IMG/VR virus record: IMGVR_UViG_3300009678_000131
Coordinates: 1-25,428 of that record
DNA: 25,428 nucleotides
DNA from: a virus
Lineage: Duplodnaviria; Caudoviricetes
Reading direction: 5' to 3' (one strand)
Shown here: in pieces, positions 17,624 through 25,219 of the stretch
Layout of the letters: each line of letters begins with the position of its first letter
Position numbering within the stretch: position 1 is the first letter of the stretch
Program-made: the position numbers and the translations under genes
The notes under the pieces: model-generated
The model's input: the letters and a program-made list of their open reading frames with translations, nothing else
Told to the model about the DNA's origin: nothing
Databases searched by the model: none

Positions 17624-19413
17624 AAAAACTCCTACTCCTACTATTCCTGCTTATCGCCTCCCCGGCGTTTGCCACCTACTACACGCGCACCGACTGCGGC
17701 ACGGTGGTCGGACCGGAAGAGGGTGATGTCTGCACGCAAACCACAACGGTCAGCGGGCGCACCTCGGGGCACCTTTACATTTACCGCTCGGCGGCATGGG
17801 TGGACGTGGACACCAGCGGCTCAGGCTCTCCAACGACGGCGACTTATCTTACTCAGACCCCCGACGCCGGGCTAGACAATGAACAGGCCATGTCTACCCT
17901 AGCCACCGGCATCGTCAAGAACCAGACCGGCACCGGCGTCCAGTCCATTGCCGCAGCGGGCACCGACTATGTGGCACCGACCGGCTCAGGCGCCGGGCTG
18001 ACCGCCTTAAACGCTTCACAACTTACCACCGGCACGGCAGCGGCAGCGCGGCTAGGCTCGGGTACACCGGACGCCACCAATTACCTACGCGGTGACAATA
18101 CCTGGCAAGCCATTACCACAGTGCCGGCATTGTCGGCTAATGGCGTCAACTGCTCGGCTGGAAGTGCGCCTCTTGGGGTGGATGCGGCGGGCGCAGTGGA
18201 GGGCTGTTTCGACGTAACGACTCAGACCGAAATGAATACGCATACCGCGCTTACCGGCACCGGGGCGCATGGGGCGACGACCACCAACACGGCAAGCCAG
18301 ATAGTCGCCAGGGATGGCAGCGGTAACTTTGCCGCCGGCACCATCACGGCGGCGCTGACTGGCAATGTCACCGGCAACGTAAGCGGCAATGCGGCGACGG
18401 CTACCACCTCAAGCGCACTGGCAGCGGCGGGATGGATACCTCCGCTTGTTACCGTGGCTACGCTTCCGGTTACGCCAGTGGACGGCCAAGAAGTGACCGT
18501 CACCGATGCGCTGGCGACGACCGATTGCGAAGTAGGCGGGGGCACTTACCGCAATCGCTGCGTGTGGAATCAGGGCGGTGGGACATGGGACTTGGCGCTA
18601 TCGGGCGTAAGTGGCGCAACGACACCGACCCTCGAAACCGTAATGACGGCGGGCAACACCACCACCAAATGCACCGAAGCCGACCCTTGTGAGTTTGGTA
18701 ATGGAACGGTGGCAATTAAAATCTATGTTACCGACGCTAACCAGATGGTGATAGAGCCGAGTGTTGCGGCTGACCGTTACTTCACTTGCATGACCAACCA
18801 AGTCTGCGGGTTTTACGATACCGAAGGAGCGGCGGCGATACTGACCATTGACCCCGACGCGGCATCACAGTTAGGTAAGTACACTTTCGGCACCGCCTAC
18901 AAGCCGACCAAGACCGTAGACTTCCCGGCGGCATCACTGACCACGGACACAGCGCAATGCGCATCACCGGCGCTGGCAACCATCAATAGCGGCGCTCCAA
19001 GGTACACCATCATCTGCACTGATAACGATGCGTCCAGCATCTACGGCGAAGCCGTCATGCCTAAGTCATGGGACGGCGGCACCGTGACCTTCGCGCACCG
19101 CTACGTCCAGACAGCGGCGGATACCGGCGTGTTAAACGGCGACATAGCGGCATCGTGCAGACTGGCAGCGGCTACCATCAACAACACTTGGGGAACCGAG
19201 ATAGCGATAGACGATGCGGCGGTGACGGGTAGCAACGCCATCGACATCACCACCAGCGCAGCCGTCACACCTAACGGCACTTGCACGGCGGGCACATCAA
19301 GACTGTTGCAATTTCGCTATCAGCTTGACGCGGCAGGCACTACAACGGCGGTGGCTACGCTGCACCACCTTGGGTTTACGATGGAATACAGCGTCACCAG
19401 CTTGAGCGACTAA
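17620..19413 (+). CDS. Tail-fibre-like protein with an N-terminal Sec-type signal peptide and 14 Cys
   Basis: MKKLLLLLFLLIASPAFA|; fibre shaft motifs TATYLTQT…EQAMSTLATGIVKN…AAGTDY, LNASQLTTGT…RLGSGT…YLRGDNTW and NTASQIVARDGSGNFAAGTITA; C-terminal MPKSWDGGTVTF domain. Confidence 0.75.
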   Translation: MKKLLLLLFLLIASPAFATYYTRTDCGTVVGPEEGDVCTQTTTVSGRTSGHLYIYRSAAWVDVDTSGSGSPTTATYLTQTPDAGLDNEQAMSTLATGIVKNQTGTGVQSIAAAGTDYVAPTGSGAGLTALNASQLTTGTAAAARLGSGTPDATNYLRGDNTWQAITTVPALSANGVNCSAGSAPLGVDAAGAVEGCFDVTTQTEMNTHTALTGTGAHGATTTNTASQIVARDGSGNFAAGTITAALTGNVTGNVSGNAATATTSSALAAAGWIPPLVTVATLPVTPVDGQEVTVTDALATTDCEVGGGTYRNRCVWNQGGGTWDLALSGVSGATTPTLETVMTAGNTTTKCTEADPCEFGNGTVAIKIYVTDANQMVIEPSVAADRYFTCMTNQVCGFYDTEGAAAILTIDPDAASQLGKYTFGTAYKPTKTVDFPAASLTTDTAQCASPALATINSGAPRYTIICTDNDASSIYGEAVMPKSWDGGTVTFAHRYVQTAADTGVLNGDIAASCRLAAATINNTWGTEIAIDDAAVTGSNAIDITTSAAVTPNGTCTAGTSRLLQFRYQLDAAGTTTAVATLHHLGFTMEYSVTSLSD

Positions 19414-20402
19414 TGAAACCTATACTTGCCGCACTTCTATCGTTATTGCTCGCTTGTCCTGCGTATGCCTTTCGCTTCGAGGTCGGCATGTACAGCGGCA
19501 GCGGCGCTGACGACCGCAACATCTCCACGGTGGCGTCGTTTGCCATATCCGCCTTGATGATAAAATGCGACGGCGCGACACACGCAACGATGAAAACGTC
19601 GTCCATAGCGGGCGATGGAGCAGATGATTTAGGGGGTGGTGGTGGCATCACCACTAATAAGATTCAGTCTATTGGCACCGGCACGTTCCAAGTCGGGACA
19701 AGCACCACAACCAATGTCAGCGGCACCGACAATTGCTTTTACGTTGCTTGGGGCGCCGATGCCAACAACGATCTGGCGGTGGGAACTTACGTTGGCGACG
19801 GTATAGACACCCGCGATATTGTCATCAGTCCGGCATTTCAACCGGGCGCGGTTATAATTTTAAGTGAGTCCGATAATGCAAATACATGGCGTGTTAGCGC
19901 CATGTCAGGTGAGGGTGATTCATCGCTCCGTTTTGCCGCATCGCCAACTGCTGCTAATTTAATTCAAGCACTTAACGCCGACGGCTTCGAGATAGGCACC
20001 GATGTTATTGTCAACGACGCCACGGGCGGCACCGTCGATTATTATCCGCTGTCCGTCAAGGATGTTACCAATTACACGGCATCGGGAACTTATACCGCCG
20101 GGGGATCACCCTCCGATGGGCTTGAAATCACGGTCGGTTTTCAACCTGACCTCGTTATTGTCAAAAGCGACACCAACGCTGGCGTAGGCATCTTCCGCAC
20201 TTCCGCCATGACCGGCGATTTCGCTTGTCCTATAACCAACGTCGCGTGCAATACAAATTTCATCCAAAGTTTCACGGCCACCGGATTCACTATCGGCACC
20301 AGCGCCAGCGTGCAAAGCGCGGGTGTCAAATACTGGTGGTACGCAATCAAGACTCCAGTATATTCAACGGCGCGACCTGTATCGCCAATAATGTTCCAGT
20401 AG
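19413..20402 (+). CDS. Signal-peptide protein with three GxYxGxG…(GFQPDLVIVK)-type phage structural repeats
   Basis: MKPILAALLSLLLACPAYA|; repeats VGMYSGSG, VGTYVGDG…AFQPGAVII and SGTYTAGG…GFQPDLVIVK, each followed by a G[TF]-x-[VI]GT-like strand. Confidence 0.7.
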   Translation: MKPILAALLSLLLACPAYAFRFEVGMYSGSGADDRNISTVASFAISALMIKCDGATHATMKTSSIAGDGADDLGGGGGITTNKIQSIGTGTFQVGTSTTTNVSGTDNCFYVAWGADANNDLAVGTYVGDGIDTRDIVISPAFQPGAVIILSESDNANTWRVSAMSGEGDSSLRFAASPTAANLIQALNADGFEIGTDVIVNDATGGTVDYYPLSVKDVTNYTASGTYTAGGSPSDGLEITVGFQPDLVIVKSDTNAGVGIFRTSAMTGDFACPITNVACNTNFIQSFTATGFTIGTSASVQSAGVKYWWYAIKTPVYSTARPVSPIMFQ

Positions 20403-20412
20403 TGAGGTAACT

Positions 20413-22575
20413 ATGAAACTACTTGCAATTCTCTTTGTGCTACTTGCCAGCCAAGCCGAGGCGGCAACTTACTGGATTTCACGCTCCGGCAACGACGCCA
20501 ATGCGTGCTTCGCCTCAGTTGCCAAGCCGACCGTAGCGACTCAGGCGAAAAGGTCTATCGCCGCCGGAATTGGGTGTCTTGCCGGTGGCGATACTCTCAT
20601 GGTCGAAGAAGGCACATACACCGAAGTGGTTACGGTCGGATCGGTCCAAGTTGTGATGTCGGGAAGTGCAATTCCATCCGGCCCATCTACATCGCAAAAA
20701 ACCACTATTAGGTGTGAAAACCTATACCCTTTGGCAGCGGCAACGCAGACCCATCCCGGTTGCGTGATTCGACCTGTCGCCGGTGGAGATTATATTGTTT
20801 ATTTTTCAGGCGTGACTCGATCCAACATAGTCTTTGATTCATTCAAAATTGACAACACTGTCAACATTGCTACGCAATCCCATGTTTCGAGAATCACTGG
20901 CGCGACCTGCACCAACTGCGAATGGCGCAATTTTACAGCCGTCAATACGGGCAGCATGACAAATGGCGGTAGCGCGTTTACGTCAAGCAGTGACAGTGCT
21001 TTTTGTGATAATGCCGTTATAGAAGGCTGGTGGATTAGTAGTTGGGAAGAATTTGGTGGCGATGGGGCTGGCACTCACGGCATCTACAGCCATTGCAATA
21101 ACGCCACAATTCGCGGGAATCGAATAGAAAACGTTCATGGACTAGGCATACAATACTATAGTTCTACTGGTGTCGTATTTTCAGGTGGGTTAATCGAAAA
21201 CAATTTTGTAAAAAGTGTTGGGCGTCGAGGGATATATGTTGGGAACAGCAACACTGGTGGCGCGATTGTTCAACGAAATATTGTTGTCGATGCTGGCAAC
21301 TCCACTGAAAATCCCGGCATAACAACTGCGAGCGATCCAACGGGGGCAGGAATTAGCGTATCTAGTTCCTTCAAGGTCTATAACAATGTTGTTGTAAACA
21401 ACCGGCATTCTGGAATTTATTGTGGCAGTTGCACAAATACTAAAAACAATATTGCCCTAGGCAACGCATCAGGAGCCGGGTCACAAATTACAACTCCGGG
21501 TGCGACAAATCTTGTAACCGGCACACAAACTAATATCTTTGTTGATCCAACAGGTTACGACTTCAACTTAAAAGAAGGCAGTGTCGCCATAGATGGCGGC
21601 ACCCCCATCGCTGGGCTAACCTATGTTGGTGCAAACCCCGACCAGGGGGCTTACGAGGCGTGCGTGCGCAACAAAGCCGTCGTCGAGAACGACGAGCCGA
21701 CGCATTATCACATTGCCTACGATTGCCCCGTCCAATCGACGAAAAACGGCGTGACGTTGCAAACACCGACCGTGGGGAATTGGGCTATTGTTGTGGCCGG
21801 CGTATCCAAGACTCTAGGCAACGGCGGGCTGGTCAGCGCGGCTATCAGTGGTCTATCGACCGTCGAAGTGGTCTTGGCTTCAGCCGTCACCAACGGGCAA
21901 AGCCTAACCGACGCCATGACGCGCTCGGCAAGTCCTACCCTGACCGATAGCTTCGCCATCGGCGGGGTATATGCCAAGGTGCGTACTTACGCAGCGTCAA
22001 GCGGCACAAACAACGTGGGGGCTGGGGTGAGTCATGCAGTGGTGCAGTCCCGCTATCAGTTTTTCAAGCTACGAGGCGCGGCTAATACGGTGGTCACGCA
22101 ATGCGCTACCTGCGCCGAGAACGTGCCCATCACCCTGCCACCGGGCGCGGCATTCCGCTTGCGCATCAAGTTTCGCAGCGACGATACCGTTGGCAGCGTC
22201 TATAACCTGCGGTATGCGAAAGACGGCGGCGCCTACACGCTGACACCGGACGCCTTCGGTGCTGACTTCATCTCATGGCACGGCATCACCGCAGACACCG
22301 ACATTGTGGCAGCAGGCACGGCGACCACGGAAATACTCACCAGCGACGAGGCAAGCGATACCGCTTGTGCCGTGATACGCACTAGCAGCGACTATCCAAG
22401 CATCGCCTTAAACAACTCCGAGACGGAATGTGAGTATGTGCTGAAGATAAGCACCTCGGCTCCGGTTGGCACGACCTATGACTTTAGGGTATACGACGGG
22501 AGCGGGGCGGCTATCGACACCTACACCAACACACCACGGCTGACCGTCGGCCCATACACCATGATGGAGTCGTGA
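20413..22575 (+). CDS. Signal-peptide right-handed beta-helix protein with C-terminal beta-sandwich domains and 16 Cys; putative tailspike/depolymerase
   Basis: GAGGT SD; MKLLAILFVLLASQAEA|ATYWIS…GND…LAGGDTLMVEEGTY cap, HGIY/GNRI/YNNVV repeats and FVDP…FNLKEGSVAIDGG…PDQGAYE, followed by two further beta domains. Confidence 0.75.
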   Translation: MKLLAILFVLLASQAEAATYWISRSGNDANACFASVAKPTVATQAKRSIAAGIGCLAGGDTLMVEEGTYTEVVTVGSVQVVMSGSAIPSGPSTSQKTTIRCENLYPLAAATQTHPGCVIRPVAGGDYIVYFSGVTRSNIVFDSFKIDNTVNIATQSHVSRITGATCTNCEWRNFTAVNTGSMTNGGSAFTSSSDSAFCDNAVIEGWWISSWEEFGGDGAGTHGIYSHCNNATIRGNRIENVHGLGIQYYSSTGVVFSGGLIENNFVKSVGRRGIYVGNSNTGGAIVQRNIVVDAGNSTENPGITTASDPTGAGISVSSSFKVYNNVVVNNRHSGIYCGSCTNTKNNIALGNASGAGSQITTPGATNLVTGTQTNIFVDPTGYDFNLKEGSVAIDGGTPIAGLTYVGANPDQGAYEACVRNKAVVENDEPTHYHIAYDCPVQSTKNGVTLQTPTVGNWAIVVAGVSKTLGNGGLVSAAISGLSTVEVVLASAVTNGQSLTDAMTRSASPTLTDSFAIGGVYAKVRTYAASSGTNNVGAGVSHAVVQSRYQFFKLRGAANTVVTQCATCAENVPITLPPGAAFRLRIKFRSDDTVGSVYNLRYAKDGGAYTLTPDAFGADFISWHGITADTDIVAAGTATTEILTSDEASDTACAVIRTSSDYPSIALNNSETECEYVLKISTSAPVGTTYDFRVYDGSGAAIDTYTNTPRLTVGPYTMMES

Positions 22576-22692
22576 ACGGAATGTAATGCCGCTCTGTTAG
22601 AGCGTTTCGACAAAGCACTCAAGCTGATATGCGCCAGTCTTGTGACTACGACTGCCAACAGAGCGGCTTGCGCCAAGGTAATGACACCGTAG
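22576..22692 (+). other. 38-codon open frame without an initial ATG, in frame with both flanking genes
   Basis: After TGA 22573-22575 the frame reads TECNAALLERFDKALKLICASLVTTTANRAACAKVMTP*, filling almost the whole intergenic gap. Confidence 0.35.
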
Positions 22693-22695
22693 ACA

Positions 22696-23004
22696 ATGGC
22701 TGAAGCAATGCACACAGACGGCGTGGAAATATCCGCTTTAGGCGGTACTCTGCGCATGTTTGGCGGCAATGCGCTATTCTTCTTTTTGCTGTTACTGCTT
22801 GGACTCAACATCGCCCTGACAGTTTGGGAGCACACGCAGAGAAGTACCGAACACGACCATATTATGTGTGCGAGCAAACTCAGCATTTACATTTACACGA
22901 CGCCGAAGGGGGCGCCTATCGATTGGGATAGACTGCCCGTCGATACGTTCGGTTGTATTCCTAAGTTCTTATTCGACCGGCCTGCTTTGCCGAGAGGTGG
23001 ATGA
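22696..23004 (+). CDS. Single-pass membrane protein (holin/antiholin candidate)
   Basis: TM segment ALFFFLLLLLGLNIALTVW; C-terminal domain with 2 Cys; lysis-region context. Confidence 0.6.
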   Translation: MAEAMHTDGVEISALGGTLRMFGGNALFFFLLLLLGLNIALTVWEHTQRSTEHDHIMCASKLSIYIYTTPKGAPIDWDRLPVDTFGCIPKFLFDRPALPRGG

Positions 23005-23357
23005 TGTTTAGCTTATTTGCCGCTGAAATAGGGACCAGCCCGGAACCCGTAATTAACGCTGTGTTAGCGGCGCTCGAAGCGCAGCGCAGTGCGTTTCTGA
23101 CCAACTGGCTGCTGGTGACGCTGATAGTCGTTGCAGCCATGGTTGCGGTAGGTGTCGGATTTGTCATGGCCGCAGTCAACCAGATACGCGAGCACACCAA
23201 CGGAATGCACACGGCGCTGGTGGACGCAACTCGCAAGCTCGCGCTTATCGAAGGTGAGGTAAAGGGCAGGGCGGAACAAAAGACAGCGGATACAGCAGAG
23301 GCAAAAATAGAGGAAGGAATTCTTGAGGGAACTCTCCAAATGAAAGGGGCAAAGTGA
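23001..23357 (+). CDS. Membrane protein with a charged C-terminal helix (holin-like candidate)
   Basis: GAGAGG SD and ATGA overlap; TM WLLVTLIVVAAMVAVGVGFVMAAV followed by IREHTNGMHTALVDAT…EG…GRAE. Confidence 0.6.
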   Translation: MMFSLFAAEIGTSPEPVINAVLAALEAQRSAFLTNWLLVTLIVVAAMVAVGVGFVMAAVNQIREHTNGMHTALVDATRKLALIEGEVKGRAEQKTADTAEAKIEEGILEGTLQMKGAK

Positions 23358-23557
23358 TGGGTGCAATTCTAGGTTTTCTAATTTGGCTGGCGATTGCCGC
23401 CATCGTTATTTACGTTGTGATATGGGCTATCAGTACCATCGTCGGACCACCGGCCAAGGTCGTGCAGTTGCTCTACGTCATCGGCGTGCTGCTCTTGCTG
23501 TACTATTGTGTGATGTACTTCCCGGCTGGCTCGTTGCCAGGCTTTCCACCGAGGTAG
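23357..23557 (+). CDS. Small two-TM membrane protein (holin candidate)
   Basis: Two hydrophobic helices joined by GPPAK; TGATG coupling (GTG 23354 also possible). Confidence 0.7.
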   Translation: MGAILGFLIWLAIAAIVIYVVIWAISTIVGPPAKVVQLLYVIGVLLLLYYCVMYFPAGSLPGFPPR

Positions 23558-23558
23558 G

Positions 23559-23763
23559 ATGCCTCTCACAGCAGACGCCTCGCCCTTCGGGCTTGTGGCA
23601 AGCGACCGACACCACTCCATTTGCCATGAGATCCCGGGTTGTTGTGCGGGGGGACCATGTACGGGGGGTATTAGGGGGGTAATTCTTGAACGCTGTCAAG
23701 TATTTTGTTGGGTAGTACCTCCCAAAAGGAAAGTAAGTATCTAAAAGATACCATGCCTCTCAC
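23559..23763. repeat. 11-bp direct repeat ATGCCTCTCAC (23559-23569 and 23753-23763) flanking three G6 runs and an imperfect palindrome
   Basis: Read directly: G6 at 23648-53, 23663-68 and 23674-79; AATTCTTGA-N6-TCAAGTATT at 23681-23704. Confidence 0.7.
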
Positions 23764-23908
23764 CGACCAGCTTTATTACACTGTAGTCGGCTACTGGTAT
23801 CTTTATTTCGATACTCACATGGCGCTTATCGTGCTATTGTTTGTCGTGGTGGTGGTGGTCTTTGTGGTGATGCTCTGTCGCATGGCGCGAAGGGAAGCCG
23901 ATGACTAA
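23753..23908 (+). CDS. Small single-TM membrane protein
   Basis: ALIVLLFVVVVVVFVVMLC followed by basic RMARR; overlaps the lipoprotein start; start codon uncertain. Confidence 0.5.
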   Translation: MPLTDQLYYTVVGYWYLYFDTHMALIVLLFVVVVVVFVVMLCRMARREADD

Positions 23909-24182
23909 ACCCTGGCTTGAAAACCTGCTCCTTCTAGCGGCGCTGCTTATCATCGTGGCGTTTTTGCCGGGCTGCACCGGCATGTTGATAGGCAACGCGT
24001 TAGGGCAAGGGCAGTCGCTGACACCGGAGCAGGTGGCCGAGTTCCGCAAGCAAAACCAAAAGGTCTATTCGTGTACGCAGGTGTCAGGTCCCCCGCCTTC
24101 AGGCATGGCTATATGGCTTGTCTTGCCGGCGGAGAGTCCGTTTAACCCAAAGTTTGCCGATGGGTGCCGGCTAGTCCAATGA
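23901..24182 (+). CDS. Small lipoprotein (o-spanin-like or accessory lysis/exclusion lipoprotein)
   Basis: Hydrophobic leader ending in lipobox-like LPG|C; two further Cys and a Pro-rich mature part; directly upstream of the endolysin. Confidence 0.65.
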   Translation: MTKPWLENLLLLAALLIIVAFLPGCTGMLIGNALGQGQSLTPEQVAEFRKQNQKVYSCTQVSGPPPSGMAIWLVLPAESPFNPKFADGCRLVQ

Positions 24183-24655
24183 CCCTCTTCGACCGTGCCT
24201 TCGAGATAGTCATCGGCCACGAGGGCAGTCTAAGCAACAATTCCGTCGACCCCGGCGGACTCACCAAGTACGGCATCAGCCAGCGCAGCTACCCCGACGA
24301 GGACATTGCCGGGCTTACCCTGGACAGGGCCAAAGACCTCTTTTATGTGGATTACTGGCTACCCTTGCAGGCATTCGAGCTACCCGACGACATCGCCATT
24401 ATGCTATTCGATATGGCCGTCAATATGGGCCGTGGAAACGCCGTGGTTTGCCTACAGCGTGCGGTAGGGGTGAAAGACGATGGTTTGCTTGGGCCCGTCA
24501 CCAGGGCTGCGTTAAAAGCCAAATACGGCCCGCAGCTATTGGAGGAAGTCACCGTCGAGCGGGTGATGTACTACACCAGTCTTGAGACTTTCAAAACCTT
24601 TGGCTTGGGCTGGGTGCGTCGGTCAATCCGGCTGCTCGGGCAGCTTACTTCCTAA
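24179..24655 (+). CDS. Endolysin, glycoside hydrolase family 108, with a C-terminal peptidoglycan-binding region
   Basis: FDRAF…GHEG…DPGGLTKYGISQRSYP…LT…A…DYW…FDMAVNMG…LQRAVGVKDDGLLGPVT…FGLGWVRR; ATG at 24179 overlaps the previous TGA. Confidence 0.9.
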   Translation: MTLFDRAFEIVIGHEGSLSNNSVDPGGLTKYGISQRSYPDEDIAGLTLDRAKDLFYVDYWLPLQAFELPDDIAIMLFDMAVNMGRGNAVVCLQRAVGVKDDGLLGPVTRAALKAKYGPQLLEEVTVERVMYYTSLETFKTFGLGWVRRSIRLLGQLTS

Positions 24656-24950
24656 TCGACTCCCAAAACTCGTCAAACATACCCGGACGTAACAACCAAG
24701 TCTCGACTCCACACAGACTAAACATATCCAGCCAGGCGTTTTGCTCCAGCGTCACCTTGCCTGTCTCGGTCTTGACTTCTATGGCAAGGATACGCTTCTT
24801 TCCTGGGTGCAGGGCTATCAAGTCGGGGAAACCCTTAGTCGACCGCCGGCTGTCATAGGTATGGTAGGACTCAAACCCGGCTACCCGCAGGGCTTGCTGG
24901 ACTCTGCCTTGAAATAGCCGCTCCGTCATTCCAGGTATGCGTTGCTTCAT
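24645..24950 (-). CDS. VRR-NUC domain PD-(D/E)xK nuclease (Holliday-junction resolvase-like)
   Basis: TERLFQ…YHTYDSRRS…GFPDL…AIEVKTETGKVTLEQNAWL…LLRP motif. Confidence 0.85.
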   Translation of the reverse strand: MKQRIPGMTERLFQGRVQQALRVAGFESYHTYDSRRSTKGFPDLIALHPGKKRILAIEVKTETGKVTLEQNAWLDMFSLCGVETWLLRPGMFDEFWESIRK

Positions 24951-25219
24951 TCGTAAGCCCCTCTACCCCTCTGTCTGATGCTCACACCCTTGGCCTTCTC
25001 GCTTTGCCGCTTACGCGGTCTGCCATGCCTGTTACTGACATGGTGCTTGGTGGGTCGGTGCTCGGCCCAATGGTGTGTGTCGGTTATCCCGGCATCAATC
25101 CTGTCATGGATAAGCATGTGCAAGGCAAGACTCGACACCGGGTAGATACGGCACCCATGCGGGCATAGGGCGGCTTTGAGGGTTATGCCGCAGACCAGTA
25201 ACTTACCAGGGGATGTCAT
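24947..25219 (-). CDS. Small basic protein with a C2H2-like Zn finger and an AT-hook-like GRPRK motif
   Basis: CPHGC-x10-HMLIH and RHGRPRKR; ATG at 25219 overlaps the end of the upstream gene, and the stop overlaps the VRR-NUC ATG. Confidence 0.55.
   Translation of the reverse strand: MTSPGKLLVCGITLKAALCPHGCRIYPVSSLALHMLIHDRIDAGITDTHHWAEHRPTKHHVSNRHGRPRKRQSEKAKGVSIRQRGRGAYE

Noticed and set aside
19413-19469. Lipoprotein signal (LLAC) in the 329-aa protein
   Set aside because: The Cys is followed by PAYA|F, a better signal peptidase I site matching the two neighbouring genes. SignalP would be needed to exclude it fully.
175-22886. Numerous antisense and alternate-frame ORFs of 60-180 aa in the ORF track
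   Set aside because: They are shadows of long, coupled + strand genes in GC-rich DNA, with no motifs or RBS support.
23670-23699. Minus-strand sigma70 promoter from TTGACA at 23699-23694
   Set aside because: There is no good -10 at 16-18 nt spacing (best CCTAAT), so it is kept only as part of the palindrome observation.
23559-23744. 61-aa Cys-rich ORF as a real gene
   Set aside because: It runs through the G-runs and palindrome and has no recognisable motif. It does have an SD-like sequence, so it is not excluded, but it is not supportable.
17620-23763. Diversity-generating retroelement targeting the fibre genes
   Set aside because: No reverse transcriptase and no ~100-bp repeat pair differing only at adenines was seen in the window.
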